Below are positions 1 through 9,095 of a stretch of 36,855 nucleotides of DNA, piece after piece. Made by a program: the position numbers and the translations under genes. Origin of the DNA: Conexivisphaerales archaeon (GTDB taxonomy: Archaea > Thermoproteota > Nitrososphaeria > Conexivisphaerales > DTJL01); contig JBEKZX010000012.1 of the NCBI GenBank assembly GCA_049509455.1, positions 1 through 36,855 of the forward strand, given 5' to 3'. The notes under the pieces are model-generated. The model was not told the DNA's origin. It did not search any database and was given only the letters and a program-made list of their open reading frames with translations. Every line of letters starts with the position of its first letter. The stretch's first letter is position 1.

Positions 1-200
1 GTTGACCTGATCACCCCGGTTCCTACGTGGAGCCTATCGCTCTTCCCAAGCGACATGCCGCACATATCGAGCGCGTCGAACGCCTGCCCTCCGCTCGGGT
101 ACCAGACGGAATCCACACCGGACCTCTCCAGAAGGGGGATCAGCTTAGCAACCAACGGCGGGCCGAACACCGTAGAGCGCAGGGCGATTCCGACCTTCAT
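1..200 (-). CDS. LLM-class (luciferase-like, possibly F420-dependent) oxidoreductase, N-terminal part; runs off the window edge
   Basis: Manual minus-strand translation from ATG at 200: MKVGIALRSTVFGPPLVAKLIPLLERSGVDSVWYPSGGQAFDALDMCGMSLGKSDRLHVGTGVIRS. This fits the LLM N-terminal pattern (G.DSVW...RL.VGTGV). It is not in the ORF track because it has no stop in the window. Confidence 0.6.
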   Translation of the reverse strand, partial: MKVGIALRSTVFGPPLVAKLIPLLERSGVDSVWYPSGGQAFDALDMCGMSLGKSDRLHVGTGVIRS

Positions 201-287
201 CGGCCGAGTGCAGGGCCTTCCCGTTAAAATCGTTTGATTCAAGAACTCTAGTCGTCGAGTTTCTCCTCGATTCCTGACGGCGAGTGT

Positions 288-1305
288 TTAGTGACGGGAG
301 GCTCCACGCGTTTCATTTTCGAGGAGGCCGGCCTCCATTGCGACGGCGCCGTCAAGACCTCCGGCGCTGATCTTCGATTTCATGAATGTGTGAAGGATTG
401 CCTCGGCGTCTCTAGGTCGGCCCCTCTGCGTGAGGACGACGCCGGCGATCACGAAGGCTGCTCCCAGCAGGAAATCGAGGTCTATGGGTTCGGAAAGCAC
501 GATGAAGGCGATGGCCACCGAGATCACCGGGATGAAGAAGAGTGAGGCTCCGGCTTTGGTCGCAGGGACTTCCTCCAGCACCCTGAACCAGAGGAAGTAG
601 GCCAGCCCCGAGCAGAGGAGGCCCGAGGAGGAGCCAGAGCCAGGGGGAGCTCGGCAGGACCAACGTTTCGAAGGCGAAAAGCGGCGGGAGGAAGAGGGCC
701 GTCCCGAAGAGGTTAGAGAAGAAGGTGACCTTCAGGGCGCCGTACCTGGAGAGCGCCGTCTTGCCTATGATCGAGTAGGCGGCCCAGGAAATGGCCGCCA
801 GAAGCGTGAGAAGGTCCCCCAGGGTGCTCCCAAGGCCAAAGGAGATCTTCGAAGGCCCCACGATGAAGACGAGCCCAAGGAGGGCCAGCGCCACCCCCAC
901 GATTTGCGTCGCCTTCGTCCTCTCCTTAAGGAAGAGCCACGCGAAGAGGACTATGAAGACGGGATTCGACGCGAGGATGAGGCTGGAGTCAGAGGCGGTC
1001 GTATACTGAAGCCCCACGTTCTGAAAGATGTTGCAGAGGGTCACGCCCGCCAGGCCGATCGCGATGAGGAGCTTCCAGTCCTTCAGGACGTCGAGGCGGA
1101 ACACCCTCCTGTCCGTGAAGTACCCCGCCGTCACGAAGAAGGCGGTGGCGATCAGGAAGCGCAGGAACGCGATTTCGATGGGAGGTACGCCCTCCAGCCC
1201 GAGCTTGATGAGTGTGAAAGAGGCGCCCCACAGCAGGACGACGACCGATAGCATGAGCACCTCCCTAGTGCCTATCCCCTTCTCTTCAGCTCGGACGATG
1301 GTCAC
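288..1305 (-). pseudogene. EamA/DMT-family transporter, frameshifted
   Basis: ORF 412..1305 encodes the DMT repeat-1 and part of repeat-2 (LLWGASFTLIKLGLEGVPP, NPVF, GDLLTLLAAISWAAYSI). The correct continuation (GLLCSGLAYFLWFRVLEEVPATKAGASLFFIPV) is in another frame (288..581), with the shift near 615-640. Confidence 0.8.
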
Positions 1306-1587
1306 TTTTGGATGGAACGAGCTTCTTACTGCCCCTTATTTCCTTTCTCCCCCCTTGCCTTACATCTGTTCAAAGGGATTTGGGGTCGAACCTGCCTTGG
1401 TCCAGGCACAGGGAGGGGCCCTGCCGGAGAGAGGGCCCTTGGCAGATCGGCCTCCCTATGGGGATGTTGCTGGGAGTCGAAGGGGGAGAGCCCCGTCGTC
1501 TCCATATCTAAGAAGACCTCCTCCCTGAACCGGGGGCCGAAGGCCAAAGGATATCTGAAAGCCTCCGCCATGTGCTTACGGAACCAA

Positions 1588-2394
1588 ATGCCCGTCAAGA
1601 GTGGCAACGTCACCCGCGAGGACATCGTCATGGCCGTCAGAGATGCCGTGGAGCCCCTTCCATACGTCCATGCGTTCTGGGAGAACGGAGCCGTCTCCTT
1701 TGGCCGCCGAGACAGGTATTCGGACGTGGACGCCAATCTTTTCGTGGATGAAGGTATGGAGGCCAAGACGTTCGAGGCCGTCGAGAAGGCCATCCTCTCC
1801 CTCTCCCCCATCAGCCTGAGATACGTGCCGAAGAACAAGGAGCTGGGGGTCTCCCAGACCTACTACAGGCTGGAGAGGGCGGACGAGTTCCACATCCTGG
1901 ACCTGGCGATATTCAACCCCAAGTGCCCCGACCTCTACCTCGATCCGGAGAGGAACGGAAGGGCCGTCTTCCATTTCAACAAGGAGGGGGGCGTGAAGGT
2001 GGCCCATCTGGACGAGGCGGCCTTCTCGAAGGAGGTGGCCGACGCCTTCGAGAGGTGCAGGGCCAGGTTCGAGATGTTCAACAACTTCGTGGAGAAGGAG
2101 ATCGGCCGCGGGAACCCCCTCGAGGCCATGGACTACTACTACTCGATCACGCTCTTCACATTGCTGACGCTCCTCAGGATAAGGCTGAACCCGCACCACT
2201 ACGACTTCGGGATGCGCTACGTTTACTATGAGCCTCCTAAACGTGAATTAGATAAGCTGGAGAGGCTATACTTCGTGAAGGACGTCCACGACCTCAAGGT
2301 GAAGCACTCAGAGGCCACGGCCTGGGCGAAGAAGCTCCTCGCCGCCTGGCCCCCAGCTGGGTCGGCGACCAGGAAGGAGCGAACGCATAGATAG
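1588..2394 (+). CDS. Nucleotidyltransferase-domain protein (Pol-beta superfamily, resembling antibiotic adenylyltransferase-type proteins)
   Basis: Motif GAVSFGRRDRYSDVD (hG[AS]...DxD), a third acidic strand ILDLAI and a helical C-terminal half. The first ~90 aa of the 1312 ORF look non-coding, so the start is placed at ATG 1588 (1570 also possible). Confidence 0.7.
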   Translation: MPVKSGNVTREDIVMAVRDAVEPLPYVHAFWENGAVSFGRRDRYSDVDANLFVDEGMEAKTFEAVEKAILSLSPISLRYVPKNKELGVSQTYYRLERADEFHILDLAIFNPKCPDLYLDPERNGRAVFHFNKEGGVKVAHLDEAAFSKEVADAFERCRARFEMFNNFVEKEIGRGNPLEAMDYYYSITLFTLLTLLRIRLNPHHYDFGMRYVYYEPPKRELDKLERLYFVKDVHDLKVKHSEATAWAKKLLAAWPPAGSATRKERTHR

Positions 2395-2502
2395 CGTAGA
2401 CCGAAGCGTTCCATGGCCACCTTCAGCAGATTAGGTCCAAGACGACGGGCGGCAGAGGTCTAAATATCGGCTGTACCACAGCCACATCTGAGGGGAAGTG
2501 AG

Positions 2503-3066
2503 ATGGCAGAGAACGTGCCCGGCGACGGGTCATGGAAGGGATTCGTGAGGAAGCACTGGTCCATGCTCGCCTTCTGGGTGGCAGGGGGCGTGTTGGTGGC
2601 CATAGGCGGAATCCTAGTCTTCCTTTGGTTCGTGGGGAACGCCCAGTCGACGGGCTTGGTGCCTGGGACGCTGGACCTCTGGACGCTGGGAAACTGCATC
2701 AGCTTCGTGCTGAACCTTATCTTCTGGGAGCTCGTCTACATCGGGATTCCAATAGCCGCCGCGGCCTTGGCGGGTTGGCTTTGGTGGAGGAGGATACCCT
2801 ACGAGGAGAGGAAAGGGTACAGTTTCTTCAGAAGCCGCTCCCGCTCCACGAGCGGAGGGGGAGGGTTCTTCTCGCTGCTGGTCTTCATCGCCTTCTGCTT
2901 TAAGGTCTCCTCCGATGGGAAGTGGAACATCCCCATTTCCACCTGGACGCTGAACTACTTGGTGTATTCCTATCTGACTGCCCTGGCCTGGATATTGATC
3001 ATTATCGGGATACCGCTGGCTTTAGGAGGCGTCTGGTGGCTAAGCCGCAAGATGAAGGAGACCTAG
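2503..3066 (+). CDS. Hypothetical membrane protein (about 4 TM segments)
   Basis: 187-aa ORF with four hydrophobic stretches, host-like codon usage and a purine-rich RBS-like sequence upstream. Confidence 0.65.
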   Translation: MAENVPGDGSWKGFVRKHWSMLAFWVAGGVLVAIGGILVFLWFVGNAQSTGLVPGTLDLWTLGNCISFVLNLIFWELVYIGIPIAAAALAGWLWWRRIPYEERKGYSFFRSRSRSTSGGGGFFSLLVFIAFCFKVSSDGKWNIPISTWTLNYLVYSYLTALAWILIIIGIPLALGGVWWLSRKMKET

Positions 3067-3090
3067 GGCTCACTCTTCGGTACCCTCCCA

Positions 3091-3648
3091 TCAGCTCTGT
3101 TTCAGAGCCTCTGCTATCGAGGCGACCCAAGACTCTATCTCGTTCCAGTCTCTGAAGTCCCCCTCCGGCATCGAGGCGCGGGCCTCCTCGCTCCTCCTCG
3201 CCATCCTGTAGAAGAACCCCATCGTGCCAGTCAGGCGAGAGCCGTCCAGGGCCCCGAAGAAGACCCTGTGGTCGCGGAAGTTGACCTCGATTCGGAGCTC
3301 CTCCAGCTCCTTCGGCCCCGATACCTTCTTGAGGTCGCGACCCTCCTTGTCCTTTGCCTCCTTGCCCACGGGCCCGCTGCTGAAAACCCACACCGGACGC
3401 GAGGCGAGCGATGAGCTGTTGCTGGAGACGAACTGCTTCGCCTCCTTCATCCAGTGGAACATGTAAAGGGCGCTCCCTATGACGAAGGCGTCGTAGGCCT
3501 TCACGTCCTTGACCTCGCCCACCTCCTGGACGTCGGCGTCGACGCCGTGCTGCCTGAGCTTCTCCCCTATGAATTCGGCGATCCCCTTTGTGGCGCCGTA
3601 CTTGCTGGCGTATGCGACCAGGACCTTCAATGAATCCACAACCTCCAT
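3091..3648 (-). CDS. Flavodoxin-domain protein (Flavodoxin_5/HemG-like)
   Basis: FMN-binding loop VLVAYASKYGATKGIAE, followed by YDAFVIGSALY, WVFSSGP and the C-terminal DFRDWNEI motif. Confidence 0.85.
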   Translation of the reverse strand: MEVVDSLKVLVAYASKYGATKGIAEFIGEKLRQHGVDADVQEVGEVKDVKAYDAFVIGSALYMFHWMKEAKQFVSSNSSSLASRPVWVFSSGPVGKEAKDKEGRDLKKVSGPKELEELRIEVNFRDHRVFFGALDGSRLTGTMGFFYRMARRSEEARASMPEGDFRDWNEIESWVASIAEALKQS

Positions 3649-3717
3649 CTAGGCCGAGGGAGAGGTGGGCGCGCTCGCCTTATTAGTGAGACGCCCCGCC
3701 ATCTGTGTGAGAGTGGA

Positions 3718-3930
3718 ATGGTGGTCAGGAAGATAGTCGAACTGGTGGGAAGTTCTCCTAGGAGCTGGGACGATGCGGTCAAGAGCGCAGTGAAGGAAGC
3801 GGCCAAGACCATCAGGAACATCACGAGCCTCCATGTGGTGCAATACACGGCCAAAGTGAAAGGGAATAAGATCATCGAATACCGAGCACTCGTAAGGATC
3901 GCTTTCACCGTAGAAAGGGTGTCCGCCTAA
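3718..3930 (+). CDS. Dodecin (flavin-binding protein)
   Basis: 70 aa, KIVELVGSSPRSWDDAVKSAVKEAAKTIRNI...IIEYRALVRIAF, matching the dodecin family signature and length. Confidence 0.9.
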   Translation: MVVRKIVELVGSSPRSWDDAVKSAVKEAAKTIRNITSLHVVQYTAKVKGNKIIEYRALVRIAFTVERVSA

Positions 3931-4171
3931 GACCGATGCAAGGTCAACCGCTACAAGGCACAAGCTCAAACCTAAAGACGAGGAAGGAAAGGACCTGACG
4001 GCTAGTCATTCCGGTAACGTCGGCGGAATGGCGGGCCACTTCGGACCCTCGCCTGGAAGAGTTCGAATCAAGAGCATAATGTGTCAAGTTCCAATCCCGG
4101 CCGGAATGCTAGAATACGCCCAGATTGGTTTCCCTCAGACAGGGGAGCAAAAGAGGGAAGGCAAGCGCTTT

Positions 4172-6163
4172 TCAGCCGGCCGAAAGCATGGGAGTCTTCG
4201 TACGGGCTGAGCGAAGCCTTGAGCTGAGAGCCCCGGCAACTCCCACTGAGGCCGCCAAGGTCATCCAGAGGGCGATGCCGGGGAACTCTGGTATCGGTGT
4301 TTCCGTCGATATCACGGATATGATGCCTGAATACCAGCCGGCCACGTAGAGGTATCCGTTGGCCGCATCATAGGCGATGCCGTAGGGCCCTCCTCCTACC
4401 CTCACGGCGCCGACTATCGTGTTGCTGACCCCGTCGATGGCCGTCACATTGTTCGAATTGTAGTTGGTGACATAGACGTAGGAGTTGGCGGGGTCATAGG
4501 CTATCCCGTAAGGTGAACCGCTCACGGTCATATTGGCCACCACGGCGTTCGTGGCCCCATCGATGGCCGTCACGCTATTCGAAACGTAGTTGGCGATGTA
4601 GAGGTACCCGTTGGCGGGGTCATAGGCTATCGAACCTGGAGAGCTTCCGACCGCTATGGTGGTCACCACGGAGTTGTTGGTTCCATTGATCACCGAAACG
4701 TTGTTCGAACCGTAGTTGGTGACGTAGAGGTTGGCGTTGGCGGGGTCGTAGGCCACACCGTACGGGTTGCTACCTACTGCTACTGTGGTCACGACTGCGT
4801 TGGTGGTCCCGTTGATGACAGTCACATTGTTCGAATTGTAGTTGGTGACATAGAGGTAACCGCTCGCGGCGTCGTATTCGACGTCATAAGGAGAGGAGCC
4901 CACCGCTATGGTTGTGGCAACCGTGTTAGTGGTTCCGTTGATCACAGAAACGCTGTTCGAACCGTAGTTCGTGACGTAAAGGTACTTGTTGGCGGCATCA
5001 TAGGCGATACTTCGCGGCGAGATGCCCACCGGCACGGTCGTCAACACGGAATTCGTGGTGCCGTTGATGACAGTCACGTTGTTCGAACCGTAGTTGGTGA
5101 CGTAGAGGTTGGCGTTGGCGGGGTCGTAGACTATGTCATAAGGCGAGATGCCCAGCACAATATCGGTCACCAGGGTGTTGGTCGCCCCGCTGATCACCGA
5201 TACGACGCTCGAGCCATATCTCGCAACGTAGATCTGGCCGTTCGCGGGATCGTAGGCGACGCCCTCTGCCCACTGGCCTACGTACGTTGTGGTCACGATG
5301 GAGTTCGTGGTCCCGTTTATGACGAACACTGCCCCGTTATCCTCGCTTGCGACATAGAGGTACCCGTTGGAGGGGTTGTAGGCCACACCGTGGCACCCGT
5401 AGTACGTGGTGATGTTGCCGACAAGCGTGTTCGTAGACCCATCGATGACCGTCACGTTGTTCGTGTTGAGGCTGGTCATGTAGAGGAAGCCATTGGCGGG
5501 GTCGTAGGCAACGTAATGAGGATAGCCGGCCACCGTTATGTTGGCCACCACGGAGTTGTTGGCTCCATTGATCACCGAAACGCTGTACGAACCGTAGTTG
5601 GCGATGTAGAGGTACCCGTTGGCCGAGTCGTATGCGATGCCGTCCGGATAGCTCCCCACGGTGATGGTGGTTACCACCTTGTTAGTAGCGCCATCGATGA
5701 CCGACACGCTACCCGCACCATTGTTGGTGACGTAGAGGTAGCCGTTGGCTGAGTCTAAGGCGACATGATACGGGTCGCTGCCCCCTGTTATGTTGGTCAC
5801 CACAGCGTTGGTGGTTCCGTTCATGACGCTGACAATGCCGGAGCCAGAGTTGACGATGTAAATGAAACCGTTGGCGGGGTCGTAGGCTACTCCATGGGGA
5901 CTGTAGCCAACGGATAGGGTGCCCAGCAGAGTGTTCGTGGCACCGGCGATGATCGACAGCGTGTTCGTGTAAGTGCCGGTGACGTAAAGGTACCCGTTGG
6001 CGGAGTCGTAGGCTATCCAGTTGGCGCCGCCTCCAGAAGTGACGGAGCCAATAGTGATGCCTGCGAAACCCCCCGCCGAAACGACCGGAACCTCCGCGAC
6101 CACCTGAAGCCCGAGGAGCGAGATAACCAAGAGCGGAAGGAGGATGCGAGAAGCCCTGATCAA
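4172..6163 (-). CDS. Secreted YVTN/YncE-type beta-propeller surface protein with PEF-type C-terminal sorting signal
   Basis: N-terminal signal peptide; 14 countable ~42-aa repeats (AYDPANGYLYVTNYGSNSVSVI), enough for two 7-bladed propellers; C-terminus IPEFPG + TM helix + basic residues. Confidence 0.9.
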   Translation of the reverse strand: MIRASRILLPLLVISLLGLQVVAEVPVVSAGGFAGITIGSVTSGGGANWIAYDSANGYLYVTGTYTNTLSIIAGATNTLLGTLSVGYSPHGVAYDPANGFIYIVNSGSGIVSVMNGTTNAVVTNITGGSDPYHVALDSANGYLYVTNNGAGSVSVIDGATNKVVTTITVGSYPDGIAYDSANGYLYIANYGSYSVSVINGANNSVVANITVAGYPHYVAYDPANGFLYMTSLNTNNVTVIDGSTNTLVGNITTYYGCHGVAYNPSNGYLYVASEDNGAVFVINGTTNSIVTTTYVGQWAEGVAYDPANGQIYVARYGSSVVSVISGATNTLVTDIVLGISPYDIVYDPANANLYVTNYGSNNVTVINGTTNSVLTTVPVGISPRSIAYDAANKYLYVTNYGSNSVSVINGTTNTVATTIAVGSSPYDVEYDAASGYLYVTNYNSNNVTVINGTTNAVVTTVAVGSNPYGVAYDPANANLYVTNYGSNNVSVINGTNNSVVTTIAVGSSPGSIAYDPANGYLYIANYVSNSVTAIDGATNAVVANMTVSGSPYGIAYDPANSYVYVTNYNSNNVTAIDGVSNTIVGAVRVGGGPYGIAYDAANGYLYVAGWYSGIISVISTETPIPEFPGIALWMTLAASVGVAGALSSRLRSARTKTPMLSAG

Positions 6164-6329
6164 GAACGATCCTAATCTCCAGTCTACAGCTGGCGCGCAT
6201 TATATTGTTTCCTCAATGAAGGCATTGCAAGTCAGGGTCATTCTAGAATACTACAAATGGGAATCACAAACGCATGCTCGCGCAACTGGTTTAGAGGCAA
6301 CCCCTCGGGCCAGGCAAGTATATCGGAAC

Positions 6330-6467
6330 GTGAAACGGGTTTGTGGATAGTATAAGTTCCATCGGCTATCTCGGTGTGTTACTAGCAGAAATTCGGCAAC
6401 ATCTTCCAAATCTTACATCCGACTTTTAAGACTTGAACCCGTAATGGGTATCAATACCGCCCGCCCC
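6330..6467 (+). repeat. Dispersed repeat, copy 1 (box A + core + box B)
   Basis: GTGAAACGGGTTTGTGGATAGTATAAGTTC at 6330; CCAAATCTTACATC at 6406; GACTTGAACCCGT at 6430-6442; ends CCGCCCGCCCC. Confidence 0.85.
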
Positions 6468-6693
6468 AAACGACTAGTACATTGGATCAAGGACGATGGG
6501 CTCGCTTCCCAGCAGCTTCAGGAAGGAAATGACCTTCGAGGCCCTGAGCGTCCCTGTGGTCCGCCCGGGCCATCCCGTTCCAGGAGATGGTGTAGAAGAT
6601 GACGTACTTGGTTCCTCCGCGAAGTGGGTATTTCGACGAAATGATTTGCGCCAAAGTCAATCTTATTAGCTGCCTGAGACCTCATTGTTTCGG

Positions 6694-8109
6694 ATGTCCA
6701 CTCCTTCGGCACTAGACGGAACACGAGACGGGCCGGAACCTCTGAAGAGCCGCGGGGAGACTCACCCTGTCGAGGAACGCAGGACCGTCTCCGAGAAGCT
6801 AGTCGCCCAAATCGATTCCTCCGCGGTACCCGAGACTCTTACTTCTAGTCCGGATGGCAAACGGGTGGCCTATGTTGCTGGAGTTGGCACGAAGCAATTT
6901 GTGGTGGTCGACGGCAAGGAGGGAAAACAGTACGATGGCATCGGCAAGGGGATTCTCGAGCTCGCGTCTGACTTCTATCTGGGGATACCCGTCTTCAGCC
7001 CGGACAGCCAGAGGGTGGCCTATGTGGCTCGGGAGGGAGAGAGGTGGTTTGTCGTGATCGATGGAAAGGAGGAAAAGCAGTACGATGATCTCGGTCCTTT
7101 GACTCTCACCTTCAGTCCGGACAGCAAACGGGTGGCCTATGTGGCCCGAGTTGGCACGAAGCAATTTGTGATGGTGGTCGACGGCAAGGAGGGAAAGCAG
7201 TACGAGTGGATTGGCGGTCTCGTATTCAGCCCGGACAGCAAGCGTCTGGCTTACTGGGCAGGAGTCGGCGGAAGGCGGGTTGTTGTGGTAGATGGGGAAG
7301 AGGGGGAAGCCTACCCCGGCGTCGCCCAAGGCATGGGTCCCTCCTTCCTGCCGGATATCCCATTCTCGTCGGTTCCGGGCTGGTGGGTAGCCAGTACCTA
7401 CTGCGAGATCTCTTTTAGCCCGAACAGCCGCCGGTTCGCCTACGTTGGCAGCCGTGGGGCAAAGTGGATTGTCGTGGTCGATGGCAAGGAGGAGAATGCC
7501 TACGACTGGATTGGCGATGGCCTTGTCTTCAGCCCGGACAGCCAGAGAGTAGCCTGTTATGTTGGTCAAGGCGAGGGGCCCGAGTATCACCATTGCGTCG
7601 TGGTCGATGGCAAGGAGGAGAATGCCTACGACGAGGTCGCCGAGGGAAGCCTACGCTTCAGCCCCGACGGCCGCCGGTTCGCCTACGTTGCCAAAGAGTG
7701 GCCAAAGTGGTTTGTCGTGGTCGATGGTAAGGAAGGGAAGCACTACGATTCACTTAGCACGGGAGATCCGGTTTTCAGTCCGGACAGCAGGCGGGTTGCC
7801 TATCACGCTGTTGCCTATCACGCTCTTGTGGGCGAGGGCGAGAGGATTTTTGCAGTGGTCGACGGTAAGGAGGGAAAACAGTACAAGGATATGGGTGATC
7901 TCGTCTTCAGCCCGGACAGCAAGCGTCTGGCTTACTGGGCCGGAGTCGGCGATAAGTGGCTTGTCCTTGTAGACGACAGTGAAGGCGCACCGTACGATGA
8001 CCTTGAAAGTACGATCGTTTTCGATTCCGCCACCGCTTTTCACTACCTGGCTGCTAGGAAGACTGCAAACGGAAAAGACATTCTTTGCGTCGCGGAGACG
8101 ATTAATTGA
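6694..8109 (+). CDS. WD40/TolB-like (PD40-type) beta-propeller repeat protein; 5' end uncertain
   Basis: Nine countable repeats of FSPDSKRVAYVA..G.K.FVVVDGKEGKQYD; no signal peptide visible. Confidence 0.8.
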   Translation: MSTPSALDGTRDGPEPLKSRGETHPVEERRTVSEKLVAQIDSSAVPETLTSSPDGKRVAYVAGVGTKQFVVVDGKEGKQYDGIGKGILELASDFYLGIPVFSPDSQRVAYVAREGERWFVVIDGKEEKQYDDLGPLTLTFSPDSKRVAYVARVGTKQFVMVVDGKEGKQYEWIGGLVFSPDSKRLAYWAGVGGRRVVVVDGEEGEAYPGVAQGMGPSFLPDIPFSSVPGWWVASTYCEISFSPNSRRFAYVGSRGAKWIVVVDGKEENAYDWIGDGLVFSPDSQRVACYVGQGEGPEYHHCVVVDGKEENAYDEVAEGSLRFSPDGRRFAYVAKEWPKWFVVVDGKEGKHYDSLSTGDPVFSPDSRRVAYHAVAYHALVGEGERIFAVVDGKEGKQYKDMGDLVFSPDSKRLAYWAGVGDKWLVLVDDSEGAPYDDLESTIVFDSATAFHYLAARKTANGKDILCVAETIN

Positions 8110-8199
8110 ATTATGGCTGACGCCTCACCGAGAACGGACTCGTAGATTCGGACGCAAAGCAATATATCTCTGTGGCCGCATAAAGTAAATCAGAGGAAT

Positions 8200-8811
8200 A
8201 TGGCTGACCTGGTGTTTACGCCGGAACCGACGAGGATGGGGGTTCCTCACCTTTCAAACTTGGCTACGGATGTGCCTGACAATTGCGGCATCTATGTTTT
8301 CTATGTGCCTGGAATTATAGGTTATGAAGATCTGAAGAAGGCCTTGCTGGCTTGGGGGGAGTCCGCCGGCACGAACATCTTTGTCGGCCTATGGGATCTG
8401 AGTGCTGTATCTCTCAAGGATGTTTTGGGATATTTCCAAATCAAGGGGAGTCCCGCCGTGGCTGTTCTTGCAAACCCTAAGAACTCAACTGATGGACAAT
8501 TCCCGCCTCGAGTAGCGTACGCTAGAATCGATAATCCTATTCTTCTCAATGACTTGGCTAGGGCCGAGGATTGCATAAACCGAACATGCAACTTGTTCTT
8601 ACAAGGAAGAGTCAAAGATGCTCTTTCGAGCGCGAGAAAAGACCAATACAAGGCGAGCCTAAACTTTTACCTCGGAAAGATAGGTGCTGATGTCCTCAAA
8701 TTCCTAAAAGACGTCAACGTGACATTCGACATACTGAAAGGCACGATAACTTTGTCCGCTCACTCAGATTCCAAGACAGACTCTAAGACACCATCACCTA
8801 AGGGCAAATAG
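8200..8811 (+). CDS. Hypothetical protein (possible thioredoxin-like fold without CxxC)
   Basis: 203-aa ORF with an RBS-like AGAGGA upstream and more A/T-ending codons than its neighbours. YFQIKGSPAVAVL loosely resembles a thioredoxin cis-Pro loop (weak). Confidence 0.6.
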   Translation: MADLVFTPEPTRMGVPHLSNLATDVPDNCGIYVFYVPGIIGYEDLKKALLAWGESAGTNIFVGLWDLSAVSLKDVLGYFQIKGSPAVAVLANPKNSTDGQFPPRVAYARIDNPILLNDLARAEDCINRTCNLFLQGRVKDALSSARKDQYKASLNFYLGKIGADVLKFLKDVNVTFDILKGTITLSAHSDSKTDSKTPSPKGK

Positions 8812-8890
8812 GGCAAAGCCTTCGGGCATCCTCGAGCCCCAAGCTCTTTGGGGCCAATACCAGCGGTGGGTGGCCTACCAAGAATGACGA

Positions 8891-9077
8891 CCGGCTCGAA
8901 CAACGCTACCCACGCCCCTATCCCAATTGGCGCATGACTCTGGAAAATGAAACAGGTGTGAGGATAATGCAAGTTCTACTGACGCAATGATGCTTTACTA
9001 TTGAAAATACTGTATTAGCCCCCAAATCTTATATCAAAATTTGGTGACTTGAACCCGTTCAGGTCTAGAGCCCGCCC
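8891..9077 (+). repeat. Dispersed repeat, copy 2 (block L + box A + core + box B)
   Basis: L: CCGGCTCGAACA...CCCCTATCCC (8891-8946); A at 8947; GACTTGAACCCGT at 9046-9058. Box B (9022-9077) is 52/56 identical to 19810-19865. Confidence 0.9.
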
Positions 9078-9095
9078 AATCATGTGCCTCGTCCT

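Noticed and set aside
6490-6620. Minus-strand peptide bits (YVIFYTISWNG / GTLRASKVISFLKLLGSEPIVLD) resembling an IS630 DDE segment
   Set aside because: The match is too short, needs a frameshift and has no ends; it cannot be supported without a profile search.
9011-9040. TTATATCAAAA resembles one arm of an archaeal Xer/dif site
   Set aside because: There is no matching inverted arm at 6-bp spacing, and the arm is not conserved in the other copies.
9040-9077. The minus strand of box B reads GGGTTCAAGTC, like a tRNA T-loop (possible tRNA or att site)
   Set aside because: The T-stem does not close, and no acceptor, anticodon or D arms can be built in any of the four copies.
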